DNA of 63,983 nt, filler included, from Octopus bimaculoides (taxonomy: Eukaryota), in the NCBI RefSeq assembly GCF_001194135.2. It is 6 parts of 6 records of this genome, joined end to end, with 100 filler letters (N's around TTAATTAATTAA, not from the genome) between each part and the next. Parts side by side here need not be neighbours in the genome. Positions count along the whole stretch, not along the records: positions 1 to 26,529 come from NC_069002.1; positions 26,630 to 39,770 come from NC_068994.1; 4 more parts are not named here. One strand, given 5' to 3'. This document shows, in pieces, positions 13,813 to 26,828 of the stretch. The notes below the pieces were generated by a model. That model worked only from the letters and a program-made list of their open reading frames with translations, was not told the DNA's origin and made no database searches. How positions within the stretch are numbered: position 1 is the first letter of the stretch; the number at the start of each line of letters is the position of its first letter. The translations under genes were made by a program, and so were the position numbers.

Positions 13813-14631
13813 NNNNNNNNNNNNNNNNNNNNNNNNNNNNNNNNNNNNNNNNNNNNNNNNNNNNNNNNNNNNNNNNNNNNNNNNNNNNNNNNNNNNNNNN
13901 NNNNNNNNNNNNNNNNNNNNNNNNNNNNNNNNNNNNNNNNNNNNNNNNNNNNNNNNNNNNNNNNNNNNNNNNNNNNNNNNNNNNNNNNNNNNNNNNNNNN
14001 NNNNNNNNNNNNNNNNNNNNNNNNNNNNNNNNNNNNNNNNNNNNNNNNNNNNNNNNNNNNNNNNNNNNNNNNNNNNNNNNNNNNNNNNNNNNNNNNNNNN
14101 NNNNNNNNNNNNNNNNNNNNNNNNNNNNNNNNNNNNNNNNNNNNNNNNNNNNNNNNNNNNNNNNNNNNNNNNNNNNNNNNNNNNNNNNNNNNNNNNNNNN
14201 NNNNNNNNNNNNNNNNNNNNNNNNNNNNNNNNNNNNNNNNNNNNNNNNNNNNNNNNNNNNNNNNNNNNNNNNNNNNNNNNNNNNNNNNNNNNNNNNNNNN
14301 NNNNNNNNNNNCTGGTGAAAAGATCAGTGGGGGTGGGGATGAAATTTCCGAGGCTTCCACCTCACCCCACCCCACTTTTCGGACCCCAAAAGAGGTTTGC
14401 AGCATATTAAGAGGTCACAGGAATTCATTCAACGAAAAAAAAAAAAAAAATCCAATGATTTCGGGACGGAGGGGAGCTATTCCCTCCTCCTTTTTCCGAA
14501 CAAAAATAAGGAATTTGCAGCATATTAGGAAGTCAGGGTACTTGATTCCACGATTTTTTTTTCTTAGTGAAAATCATGCGGGTGTTACTCGAAAAATTTA
14601 TCAAAAAAAATATTAATAATCTGTTGTATAA

Positions 14632-14835
14632 AGGCGGCAAGCTGGTAGAATCCTTAGCTTGTCGGGCAAAACGTTTAGTAGCATTTCGTCTGTCTTTACG
14701 TTCTGAGCCGAGGTCAACTTTATCTTTCATCCTTTCGGGATCGATAAAATATACACCAGTTGAGCACTGGGGTCAATGTAATTGCTTTATCCAGCGCCCG
14801 AAATTGCTGGCCTGGTGCCAAAATTTGAAACCGAT
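14632..14835 (+). mobile_element. tRNA-derived SINE, family 2 (central domain resembling Nin/Deu-type SINE cores)
   Basis: Head ggcggcaagctggtagaat; core gccgaggtcaacttt.tctttcatcctttcggg.tcgataaaat. Other copies at 15718-15910 and 34822-35030. The domain name is from recollection. Confidence 0.75.
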
Positions 14836-15027
14836 AATCTGGCGTATAATCCACAGGACACAACTCTTAAAAGTAGTATACCTGGGATTATCTCCCTTGA
14901 ACTATTGCAATTACCATGTATGTATGCATGTTTGAAGTTGTAGACCATAGTTTTGCATCTAGGCGGTTGAAATTTTGCACAGGACCACATCTTTATAGAG
15001 TCAGGGCCACGCGATTGTCAGCGATAC

Positions 15028-15223
15028 CTTTTAGAATATGATCCGACTTCAAAATGGCAACATTATATTGTTGGTATTTGTAATAACACATTGTCGAAAC
15101 AATGAGCAATATTCCTAAGAACAGTTTTTTGTGTCGGGTCTGACAATGCCTCTGGCTCAAATATTCCAGTCTCTGTCGTCTACACATTTTTACTCTCAAA
15201 CTAATACAACTGATCTCCAACAT
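15028..15223 (-). CDS. Candidate first coding exon of an unannotated type II membrane protein
   Basis: Acceptor tttag at 15228; ATG 15223 (or a downstream MCRR start); basic tail plus hydrophobic LFLGILLIVSTMCYY; donor aaag|gtatcg in phase 1. Upstream donor gtaagt at 15338 gives a 111-nt 5'UTR intron. Confidence 0.45.
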
Positions 15224-15717
15224 AGAGCTAAATTTCAAGTTAAAACAATTGAACTATTTAAATTGTATGCATTGATTTAAACCGCATGAACATTTATTTA
15301 AACCAAATGTATATCAAGATATAATTGCTTATACTTACACTTAGCGATAGTCACTTTCCCCACCACTTTCGATCGATCCAACACTGTTGAGATTGTATAC
15401 ACATATAGCTACTATGTGTACTTATACAACAGAGGCGCGTAGCTTAGTGCATTGCACTCACGATCATAAGATTATGGTTTCGATTTCTAGAACGGACGCT
15501 GCAGAATACAAAAATTAATAATCCTACCCATCCAAGGGTAGGGGCAGGATTTTAAATGCCACAGAATCTGGGAAACCATCCTTGTGAGCCTATGACTCGG
15601 GAAAGATCTTTAAACCTTTTTGTTTTAGTATACTCATATACATACGCTGTATACACATATATGTAGACTACATAAACCTTGTGCCAAAATTAGAAACCAT
15701 TATATTTTTGTGCCAGT

Positions 15718-15910
15718 AAGGTGGCGAGCTGGCAGAAACGTTAATGCGTCGGAGAAAAATGCTTCGTGACATTTTTTCCCGGCTTCTTACGTCTTTGGGT
15801 TCACGTACCGCCGAGGTCAATTTTTCCTTTCATCTTTTCATGGTCAATGTAACTGGCAAATCATCTCCCTCTAAAATTGCTGTGCCATAATTTGGAACAA
15901 TTCTTTTGTT
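15718..15910 (+). mobile_element. SINE family 2 copy
   Basis: ggtggcgagctggcagaaacgtta head plus the same core as 14632-14835. Confidence 0.75.
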
Positions 15911-16184
15911 ACCAGTTGTAGTAACATTCATTTTAAGATACAATACACAGGTATTTTGTAAGCTTACGTTCAAATCTTCATATACATATAGGAAACTAGG
16001 TGCGGGTGACATACTAATGTGTTGAGCTAATTCAGTTATTTTTTAAATTTATTCCTAGTTATTTACTTAACTTTATTTCTCAGTCTCTTATGTACATGAT
16101 GTTCAATCCAATCAACGTCCCTCAAAAGAAAATATTTCCGCGTAAGATCCAGTGTTAGTCTTAGTCTATTGCAGATCCATTCAC

Positions 16185-16490
16185 ATGTGCGCTGTATCAC
16201 AGATATAACTGGCACTCCATTGATTACGACGACGAGTGTTCCAGTTGATCCAATCAACGGAACAGCTTGCATGTGAAATTAACGTGCAAGTGGCTGAGCA
16301 CTGCACAGACTCGCGTACTCTTAATGTTTGTTCTCGTGGATATTCAGCGTGACACAGAATGTGACAAGGCTGGCCCTTTGGAATACAGGTAGTACTCATT
16401 TTTGCCAGCTGAGTGGGCTAGAACAAACCTGAAATAAAGTGTCTTGCTCAAGGACTTAATGCGCCGCCGGGAATCGAATTTGGAACCTAT
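16185..16490 (-). mobile_element. SINE family 3 copy
   Basis: Shares ttaacgtgcaagtggctgagcact.cacagac...gatattcagcgtgacacag with 39871-40180 and 21230-21480. Confidence 0.8.
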
Positions 16491-16899
16491 TTATCTAAAC
16501 TAACACTGTTATCTACAAGACCGCTTAGTGATGAAGCCTGAAGACGGGGATTAATTGTTCACTAGGTTATAATCCTATTAACACTCTTCTTTCTGAGCTG
16601 AAAGAGAACCCTCAGCATCCGATTTGAATTTTGCTTTTGTTTACATCCAGTGCAGCAGCGATCCTGCAGATTTTTGATTAAAGGCAATTTTTTTCATGGT
16701 TAATGTATTTACGTTTGCATATTCCGATGTGTGTGTGTGTGTTATCCCTTTTAAAGTGGTAAACTGTGGTATTTGAACAAGATTAAGGCTGGTTATATTC
16801 TGCTAATCGGTTGGTTGGTCTAGTTATCAAATGGAATAGTTGATTATGTTGTTATAGCAACGCTGCCTGAAATAGGTTATTTGCCCTTGGAAAATTTCT

Positions 16900-17911
16900 C
16901 TAGCCGCTAGGTGTCGCAATAGTACTGTGGGAGGAAGGATGATGTAGGAGAAGAAATTCTGTTCGAGACGTTCCGTAAATGTGTGGCGCTATTTAATTAG
17001 TTAGTTTCTTCACTCTGATTCGATCGTCATTTGTCGTTCTGTTCGCTGTCGGTTTTCTGTTGACGTCAATGTTAGCAAGAGAAAGAAAAAAGAATCCCGA
17101 ATAACAACAACCAAAATCAAACGTTTATATTATATTTCTTCCGATAACTTCCCGCATCTATCCTCAGTCCAGGCTTGTAATTCTCTCTTGTCCCCATTTC
17201 TCTATTTTGTTTCTATAAACATTCCCCACTGTCTATTTAACTTATTCCATTAGCTGCTCTGCTAATCGTGTGCATTTGTTTTCGCTGCCTTTCCATCATT
17301 CTTTGTTTTTGCTCTTTCTCTCTCTTTCGCATTACCACTTGCTCTTGTTTATTCTCCCTACCTCTGTCTTCCACGTTACCTTTTACTGAGACAATTTTAT
17401 CTCCTCAATCTCCCTACCTCTCTGTCTTCCACACTACCTTTCTATCTTTATATCGTCCTCGTTATTCTTGTTATTACCTTTCTGTCTGTCTATCTTTCTC
17501 TATATATTTCTCCATACATCTGGTCTTCCTGTCTTATTCTTCTCCCTCCTTCTGTTTTTAACACAAATACACACTCTCATCTCTCACTAGTTTCGTGTCA
17601 TCGTGGATTTACGTACGATATATGTCGTTGTCACTCATCAACTATTCTCACTTAAATACTTTATTCCAATAATATCAACCACCGATAAACCTTATCTCTA
17701 TCCGGCTGTGAAACTTTTGGACCTATCTACACATACAATCAAAAACTCTCTCTCTTCCATCCCAACTCACAACACATACACATTTCCATACATATATACC
17801 ATACGCTGACACACGCACACACTTTGCTTTTGAGAGGAGAAGATTTTCCCGGAGATTCTGAAACCGACGGCTCGGCGAAGACGCAAGGACGACCGCTATG
17901 TGAGTTGCAGG
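16900..17911. promoter_or_regulatory. Putative (bidirectional) promoter and TMEM39 5' leader; perfect CRE palindrome TGACGTCA at 17061-17068
   Basis: CpG-richer, non-repetitive sequence directly upstream of the TMEM39 ATG and upstream of the candidate minus-strand gene. Confidence 0.45.
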
Positions 17912-17988
17912 ATGCCGAGTGGACGTCGAATTCTGTCCAGAGTACAGACTGCATCTTCGTCTGCTCACAAATGTTATTCTTCCAACAG
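17912..17988 (+). CDS. TMEM39: TMEM39 coding exon 1
   Basis: MPSGRRILSRVQTASSSAHKCYSSN (vertebrate TMEM39A starts MPGGRR). Donor ag|gtaaac in phase 2 matches the exon at 23827. Confidence 0.8.
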
Positions 17989-20900
17989 GTAAACACTGAC
18001 ATCTTTTCCCACTTGCTTCTTTGCTTCCTCTCGCTCCACACACACTTGCAAGACTATATATATATATATATATATATATGATTCGTCAGACTCGATGACC
18101 AGCTGGCCATTGAGTTACCTATTACTGCTAATAATCTTTATAGGTGTGGTCACTCTCTGACCGACCATAATCAACATCCTTTTGCGTATTACTGCACGAA
18201 ATTTTTAGAGTGTGTTTCTTTTCGGATTTATGAACTACTGACCGGAGTACCGAGTATATATGTGGTTGTTTAAAATTTCTCAATTACAAAAATGTAACCT
18301 ACCTGAGATGGTGTAAAACTAACATGGTTTGTAATTAGGTACCCTTATATTTTGATCCTAACTATTAGCGGATAGACTTAGCTTTTAATTTTCTCAGAAT
18401 CGGTAAGATGCCGATCGTGATTCCTGTTTGCCTTTATAAAAAAATGGGCATTGTGTCAAAGAAAGAAATAATTTTTATTCCTTTTATAATAGCCTTGAAA
18501 AAATACCTGGCATGAACATCATAGCTTCTCGTTTCTACTTCTTCCGTAAACCATAATTTGTATGCGTAAGAAATTGGTTCTATTTCTGTTGCTCTTGTAA
18601 CTTAGAATCGTAATTATTCATGAGTCTCGGAGGATCTGGTTCCGTTATTTGTCTCTTCAAAGACCAAGTTTGTTTGTGGTGCTTCGAATGAGAAACATGA
18701 ATAGAGTACCAGTAATATAAGCTATTTCAACTGTACATGATGTTCAACCCAAACAACTCTCAAAAGAAAATGCTTTTGCGTAAGATCCAGATCCACGGGG
18801 TACCATCTGCTCACCAGCGCCTCATCGTGTCCCAATACCTTAAAATACTATCAGATGAAGCAACTGAATAATTCATTGTAAAATTAGTTTAATCACTATT
18901 GTAGAAGTGGATGATTGACAGCAAACCATTCTAGTATCTAGTTGTGTTTTATTTTATCATTTTTTCTCTTAATAAAATTCTTTTCTATATTCTAAATGTT
19001 TAAACATTTAAAGGCGTTTGTGATGTCGTTTAAGTCCTCGGTCGGCCTTGATTGAGTAGACCTATGGTCAAAGGAACTCCAGTCTTGACCACTTAACCTT
19101 TTATTAAGACACGGTGTATCTGATTACATCATCCAACATCTCCTTTAAAAAATGTGATTAGAGGACGATTTGGCTTCTATTTTTAGCAGGCCGAGTGACT
19201 GCGAAGAGGCTTTCTCGTTGGCTCAGTCTTTGGCGTCCCTTCAAACACTCAGATGTAGCTGTTGTATAACCCAGATCAATTCTGACCCAGCAAACTTATG
19301 ATAAAAGATACTCCAACCGTGACGGTCATATCTGTTTATGACTACACTGTCTTATATACCCCCCCCTTTTTTTTTTGAAAACTGTCGGACGTGATTTGTG
19401 GGAAATTTGACTGGTATTTCTTGCAGGTCGAACGACCGTATAGATGTTCCCCTGCTGGCTTGTTTTAATAATAGCTTGATGGTCTTACCGAGGGATGGTG
19501 GCAGTAGTCAATAAAAGATGGGAGGCATTATCGATTTCTTTCTTACACAGGCAGAAGGTATCAATTTAATGGGGGAGAGGAAATGAGATTGTGTGAAATC
19601 CAAACACTTCTCAGTGTGCATTCGCAATGTAACTTAAATGGGTGACGATAATTTTGCTCAACTGTGTAAACATCGCCTTAAAGTGGTGACTGTCGGAGAA
19701 GTGTTAACACACACAACTTCAGCATTCTGAATACACCAGAAGTGGAAACAGGCCTCTCGTTTTACGGTCCTCTATGTAGCTACTCAACCTGCTAGAAATA
19801 ACAATAAAAATCTCTCTCAGCACCACCCTACCGTATTAAAAAAGGATTTCGTGGAGGTGGAAATTTTAGTTATTAAAGTGGTTTCGCAATTAGCCATCTA
19901 ATTTACGGGGAAAATAATAAAAAATTAAAATATTAGATAACAATTATTAAAGCTCCCCCCCCCCTTGCGACTTTGTTTCCTCATAACTTCCAGAAAAATG
20001 GATTTTTTTTTAATGCAATTTTTTTCACGAATATGCTTCAGATGGTGCAGGTTCTGATTATATTGGAATTTGGGCAAGACTTCCGCCTGCAGCCTTTTAA
20101 AAAAGTTTTTCGACACAATTATGGAGCTGCAGTGGAGTTCATCTGAACCTGTTGATTTTGGCTAAAGGGGTTCATAGATGTATTATGTCTAAAAATAAGA
20201 TAGGATGATCACATTCTGAATAAGTCCCCACCACTATCTAAAAAAATTTGAGATGTTTTTGCCTGCCCTCTTTTTTCTATTTATAAGAGAGAAACTAGAG
20301 TTTTAACTATATAATTCTTCTTTCTTTGCCATGGAGTTGGACAAGTTATAAAGCCATTTGATTGTATTACCTGTTTTGTTATATTTTTTTAAAATACATT
20401 CCCTTTGTTTTAATTAATTTTGAAATTCATAAAGAATTTAGTAAAATAACTCGTTAAACTGATGTTTGAAACACAAATTAATGAAATTTTGATGGACAGC
20501 TTTAATTTAGATTTAATTTAAAATAGGAAGTTAGTACTCTCAGAACCAGAAGCTGTCTCCCGTTCCAAGAAATACTGGACTAAACATTTTTGATAACGTA
20601 ACACAAAATGAGTTGAGTTATGAATAAATATGTGTACAGGGTCATATCTATGTTTAAATTTAATCTCACTGTGAAATTAACCTTCATTACTAGACCACAG
20701 CACATTTTGGCAGTTTGAATTATGTATTGGACTGGTTAATTTTGTTGTTTTTAGGACTCAGTATCCACTCACATCTAACTACAAAGCTGCTAAGCCATTA
20801 TAGCAGGAAGCTGTCTAATAATACTTAAACAAAACTGTTAAGTGCTGCAACTCCTAGTTTTATATCATGACCAAAACACTTGTGGATCTGACTTTTTCAG

Positions 20901-21229
20901 GTTTAATAGTTTTGCATCACCACATCACAAGACTTTTCACACAGAATTTTATTCACAAGTCTTTGGTCAGTTTATGTTAGAAGACACTTAATCAAGGTGC
21001 GCTACAGCGGTACATGATTATTTAACAGACTTCTTAACCACACGGTCTGTTTAATGTCAAAAACTTAGAGAACATTAAAGTTACAAATGTAATTTGTTAG
21101 TTTTTGGCACCCACTTGAAATTGTCTTAATTTTCAAGTCATTTTTTTTTATTATGTGTATTATTTTCTTAAACGTTCATTTATGATTCTAATATATTTCC
21201 TTTCATGGAACTCTAATATCCTCTGGGCC

Positions 21230-21480
21230 AGTGTTTCTTTCCAGTTTGCACGGCATTATGTGAATGAGAGACAGACCTGTTCTTGGCTAGCAAGGCACAC
21301 TGGCATCATAATCTTCCATACCAGAAACTTTGTGTCACGCTGAATCTCCCCGAGGACTACATTAAGGATACATGTGTCTGTGGAGTGCTCAGCCACTTGC
21401 ATGTTAATTTCATGAGCAGGCTGTTCCATAGATTAGATCAATTGGAATCCTCATCGTTGTAATGATGGAGTGCTAGAGAG
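21230..21480 (+). mobile_element. SINE family 3 copy
   Basis: Reverse-orientation homolog of 16185-16490. Confidence 0.7.
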
Positions 21481-21719
21481 AGAGATATCTAGGGCTGCAT
21501 ATGCTAATTCAATGAGTTGGTTGTCCACTTGATAAAAAAACTGAACATTTATATGTGAAACTCAATGGAAGAGTCCATCATGTATTTTATCAACTCTGGA
21601 AATTGGTTAAAAGTAAATACAACAGCAGGAGTATTTGAACTTTAAAAAAATGTCACAGCCATCTTGATGCTATCTAAAAATAAAAGTAATTTTAGAAATC
21701 TGAGGAGTTATATTGCTTA

Positions 21720-22260
21720 GCCCCAGTTCAACCCTGATCAAGCAGACACTTAAAAGCTTTGATCAAAGATTTTCCAGTTGTGAGCATTCTGCCTTCTTGT
21801 TTTCAGAACTTGTATGCCTAGAACTACAAATAGGATATCTAGAACAATTACCTCAGTACAGGTCCAATGCATTCAGAGGTTCAGCACATTGAGCAACTTC
21901 ATACAGGCTCTTGCTTTGAATCACTCATGGGGAAATAGATCTGTCGTTAAAGGCATTCCAGTCATCGACATTCGGCCTTTTCCCCAGGAATAGTATATCT
22001 TGGACTACATTATCCAATGTGTACAGAGGTTTGGCAAGTTGAGCAACTACATAGAGGCCTCTGCTTTGATTCGTAGTTTTATTGTTTAGTTTTTAAGTCA
22101 CTCCTGGTGAAGTAGATCTATGAACAAAGGCATCCCAGCTATGAATATCCTGCCAATTTTGCAGGCATAGTATATCTAGGATTATATGTATCAAATGTGT
22201 TCTTCCATTTTCATAATTTGAGGGAGATTTAGTTACTGCTTCCAGCAGTAATAACAGTCA
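21720..22260 (+). repeat. About three diverged tandem copies of a dispersed repeat
   Basis: Repeated gatct.tg..caaaggcat.ccag...at..c...tagtatatct.gga.ta motif; further copies near 19040-19190 and 24680-24730. Confidence 0.55.
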
Positions 22261-22479
22261 TATGGCTGATCATCATATATTTTTACTTTGTGTGCATTAT
22301 TTTAGATACTCATGCTACTTGTCATATGCTGGGTAACTTTGGAAGCATATTTTTGTCACCATGGGTAATATCAGGAAATATGGCATGCATACATTAATAA
22401 TTTAACTTTTATCAAAATTTCTTGGTTTTAATACAAACTAATGAAATGAATTCAAATTTTCAAATGAAAAATACTTATT

Positions 22480-22920
22480 ACTGTGGAGTGGTATCCAGCC
22501 GTAAGAACCCTGCCAAAAACAAACCCAGTAGCCTGGGGTAGTCTTCTACCTGGCCGGCTCCTGTCAAACCACCCAACCCATGCCAGCATGGAAGACGGAT
22601 GTTAAACGATGATGATTTACTCTCTCTCTCTCCTCCTCTGTTTCTGTGATTCTCTTCCTGTGTGTGTAGAGCATTCTTTTCCACTTTACCTAGTACCAAC
22701 CTCAGTATGTTCATACATCCTGCATCTTTTATGTTAACTCTCTCCATTTTTCTTTTTCTCTCACTCTATATGATTTAATGGGTGACTAGAGCAATCAACC
22801 AACATTTATATCTGCTATTATTATATAGAAATTTGTTCATCATCATCATCATCACCGTTTAATGTTCACCTTCCATGCTGGCATGGGTTGGATGGTTTGA
22901 CAAGAGCTGGCAAGGTAGAA
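22480..22920. mobile_element. Two oppositely oriented copies of an RTE-tailed repeat with (ATG)n tail
   Basis: 22540-22615 (caaaccacccaacccatgccagcatggaa..gatgatgat) and 22840-22920 are inverted homologs; another copy at 52998-53230. Confidence 0.75.
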
Positions 22921-23826
22921 GACTGCACCTGATTTCAGTGTCTTATACTCCATTACTGATTTTTAATAGATACTGGGGGAAGGGTGCAATTGAAAACTTT
23001 TCATGCAATGTGTCTAGGGCAAGTGGACCTTGAAGATCCTATCTTGCCCTTTCTAGGCTGTATCAGGCAGAGCATTTGAATTTAGTACTTCAAATTAAGG
23101 GAACAATATTTGATTTACTGTTTTTCCTACTTGTTATTACCAGTAAGCTCTAATTCCCTGGTACAACACCTAGGTGGACTTAGATACAAGACTTACTAGA
23201 CAATGTTGTATTTACTTCTATAGTTTTACTGTAACTTTATTACATTTTTCCTCTTCATATTTTCTGAACTCCTTTAGTCTTATGGGATATAAGACAAGCT
23301 CACTACTTCCATAAAATGCTCCTAGTACACTCTGTAGAATGGTTAGTGGATGAGTGTAGACAACATAGATTTGATAGGGCCTTTTAGTCTTGTTGAGGAC
23401 ATGACAACCTATCTAGTACTGGTGCCATGATAAAGTACACCCACTACACTCTAAAGACATATGAGTGAGATGTGGTCCTCCACTCCATCTGGGTGGGCAG
23501 TAACTTTGAATAAGAACTAACTCGGGCTATTTTACATCCACTTTTCATGCAAGTATACAACAACATGGATATAAAATAATAATGGTAATATCATTTGTGG
23601 TATTGGTCTCAATAGGAAATAGTGTCGTTATGTATGACAATTGTTTGAAGAACTTTTCAGCTGTTAGTCTCATGTGAAAAGATATTTAGCTCTATTTGGA
23701 TAAAAATGTTAAAGTTGATTGTATTTACATTGCTAACTTAAAATTAAAAAAAAAAAGAATTGAAATTTAATTTCTGCAGCTAATAAAAGCAGATTACCCT
23801 GTTATTCATGTATTTTTTTTTTTCAG

Positions 23827-24034
23827 TTATTCAGAGGAGAGGGAGAATGTCATACCTTTGGTATCAATGGTAACTTTACCAAGGCATGGTTACCTGCCAG
23901 ATATCCCCCGTGAAAACAACTTACTTTTTGAATTCCTCCTCTACATGCTTGGAGTACTCATTCTCTTCCTGCAGTATGTCAACCTTTATAAGACAGTCTG
24001 GTGGCTACCTCATTCACATGCAAACTATGCTCTG
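23827..24034 (+). CDS. TMEM39: TMEM39 coding exon 2
   Basis: Acceptor ttttttcag, donor ctg|gtaatc. HGYLPDIPRENNLLFEFLLYMLGVLILFLQYVNLYKTVWWLPHSHANYAL matches the TMEM39 hallmark IPDLP....LLFEFL......LF.QY.N.YKTVWW.P..H. No further exons are recognisable before the scaffold ends at 26529. Confidence 0.92.
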
Positions 24035-25429
24035 GTAATCTTTCTTTTCATTCTTTATTCAACTGTTCTTTTCTATTGTAAACAATAGGTTTCACCTTAA
24101 TCTAATTGTAATATTTTGGAAAAAATCTTTATGCTACCGTTAACACACATAACTGTATATGCGTTGACTGCAGCATTGGTGACACCCCAAGCTAGGAAGT
24201 TCAGGAGTCTTGGAGAATATGGAGTAACCACTTAGTCACTACTGTCCCCAGGTCAGACCAACTCTAGTCCCAGGTGATAATACCTTTCAAGGGCTTCAGT
24301 TATGGCTCAAATAGCAGAACTACACAAGTATACAAGACCCCTTAGACATGGTTTGTGAGTATGTCCCAATGTTACACAAATCAATCCCCCTCACCAAGTG
24401 TTAAATAGGCTCTGTGTCTCAAGGTTACACATAGAAAAACAGGAAACTAAGAGAGTAAACTATAAAGAAATTGGTTGGAGGCAATGAGAAACCAGTGCTG
24501 CAGCTTTCCCCAAAAAACTCGGGGAATTTTCAGACTTTGGCATGGTGGTCTGCTTCCATTGATGCTTGTAGGCATGGCACACAAAGAAAGAAGAATGTTA
24601 AGATGGTCCATTATATAATATGATTACAGTGACCTGTGATTTTAGTATAGTAATTTCAAATCTTGAGCAGGAGTTTAGTTCTGATTGAGCAGAACTTACA
24701 ATTAAAGGTTGTTCCAGCTCTGAACATCTTTATCTTACTCTATCTGTTGGTTTCAGTGATGATCATTCCAGTTGTTTGATCAATGGAACCACCTACTTAT
24801 TTGATTATAATGTTAGTGGCTGAATATTCCACAGACCAATTTTCACATCTAACAGGTTTTCATATAATTTCACTGACAAAGCTATGGCAAAAATACTTGC
24901 TCAAAATGCCACACAAGTTTCATCGAACTCAGAATCTCGTGATTGCAAAGTGACCGCAGCCATGCCTGCATGCATATTTCAGATGCAATGTATGTAGAAG
25001 TTTATAATTTAATGTATTCTTCCCTTGTTATACAGTTTCATATCAGCCATGCTTGAGCAAACTGTGCAAAGGTCTACCAGCCAACACTATTCCTCTTTTT
25101 TTTTTATTCTGTTAGAGTGTATGTATGATTACATAATCCACTGTGTACTTCCATTTTAAGTTGGTCAGGTGTGATATGAAGAACATTTGGTTGCCATTTC
25201 CAAGTATATCAGACAACTGCATAAAGGCTTCCTCAACTAGCTTGTTCTCTTTTTTTTTTTTTAAGATAGTAGGGTGTGATTTGAAGGAAATTTGGTTGCT
25301 GTATCTAGTGAATCAAATGACTATTAAAATTAACTCATTGGTTCATGATAAAACTGATTAGACATTTCTCAAACATCCTTCCTATTATAGTTTTCCAAGC
25401 TATAACTGAAAAGTTTAAGACCTGGATGT

Positions 25430-25960
25430 CTATGGGAACTCTTTATGCTGATGAAATAGTCCTTATAACAGTCTGTGAAAGTCAAAGAAATTCCAGATAT
25501 GGAAGCAAAACATAGAATTGAGACACTTCAGGGTAAATGTGGTGAAGGCCAAAGTTTACTAAATTTTAGAAAACAAGATTCTGCTGCCATCAGAGTAACA
25601 AGTATGTTCAATATGCAGAAAGGGAGTCAGTAAGACTTCGTGTTGTACACAGTGTGAACTATGGATGCACAAGAGGTGTACTGGGATCACTGGCAGGTTG
25701 ATGATGAATAAAGCCTTTGTATATGGCAGATGTACAAAAGTAGTTTGCAGCCAGTTCAGTAGTGAAATGCCTTTTCAATTGTTTTGAAGGCTCCGTTGAA
25801 ATAGTTGAGCTCTGGGGGAGTGACGCTGCTCTGAAAGGATAATAACCAGTATAAGAACAGTGGGAAAAAGTCCAGGGATCTATTTATTACCTCTGCTAGC
25901 TATGAGGAGGTGCTCTCTTTGTGTAAAGGATAGATTGTATGATGTTTGTATACAAAGTGC
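25430..25960 (+). mobile_element. RTE LINE RT fragment, heavily decayed
   Basis: Remnant of the YADD motif (ctttatgctgatgaaatagtccttata); resembles the reverse complement of 11400-11640. Confidence 0.6.
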
Positions 25961-25961
25961 A

Positions 25962-26324
25962 ATGTTGTGTGGTAATGAGACTTGCTCACTGAATGCACAG
26001 GATGTGAAAGTTGGAGAGAACTGAAGCAAGCACGAATGTATGATGTTGATATTTTTGTAATTGCTTAGTTATCTTACTGTGCTGTTGTTTAGCTGTAGGT
26101 CAGTCCTGACTAAATAGGCCTATGAAACATATGAAATGTAACTTTCAGTGCTGGCTCTCATTTCTATAGAAAATCTGTAGAGATGACTTTAAAAAGTGAA
26201 ATAGCACAGTAAGATAACTAAGCAATTACAAAAATATCAACATCATACATTCGTGCTTGCTTCAGTTCTCTCCAACTTTCACATCCTGTGCATTCAGTGA
26301 GCAAGTCTCATTACCACACAACAT
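25962..26324. repeat. Perfect 122-bp inverted repeat with 119-bp spacer
   Basis: 25962-26083 is the exact reverse complement of 26203-26324. Confidence 0.92.
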
Positions 26325-26529
26325 CCTCATTTAGTGCAAGCGTACCATCATCCATGCGAACACATTTCTCTCCTACAACATCACTATTCTCTCTCCTACA
26401 CTCATCTCTGCATCTCATCTAAATTGATTCGCTCCCTAATTAGTTGGGCTATGACCCTCTCTGTAACTTTCATAACCTGATCTAACAGCTTGATGCCTCT
26501 GTAATTATTTGTATCTAAAGCGTCACCTT
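26325..26529 (-). mobile_element. RTE LINE RT fragment
   Basis: KGDALDTNNYRGIKLLDQVMKVTERVIAQLIRERINLDEMQ on the minus strand; homologous to ~12010-12140. Confidence 0.85.
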
Positions 26530-26629
26530 NNNNNNNNNNNNNNNNNNNNNNNNNNNNNNNNNNNNNNNNNNNNTTAATTAATTAANNNNNNNNNNNNNNN
26601 NNNNNNNNNNNNNNNNNNNNNNNNNNNNN
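26530..26629. other. Artificial scaffold linker N44-TTAATTAATTAA-N44
   Basis: Exactly 100 bp; five identical occurrences in the window. Confidence 0.97.
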
Positions 26630-26828
26630 GAATTAAATTTATTACCCAAATACATAAATCCATTTGTATTTTGTAGTTAATTGTTAAAAGGTATACTCAA
26701 GTGCATGTCTAATTATATGATGAGATTAATTCGTTCATCATAGCTGTTTTACAGATCACCAAAGTCAGTTAATAATTATTGTCTCTGTGAATTCTGTAAT
26801 AAGTTTATTTGATGTATATGTGTTTCAG

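Noticed and set aside
26574-26585. Conserved TTAATTAATTAA regulatory motif
   Set aside because: Always centred in 44+44 Ns; synthetic linker.
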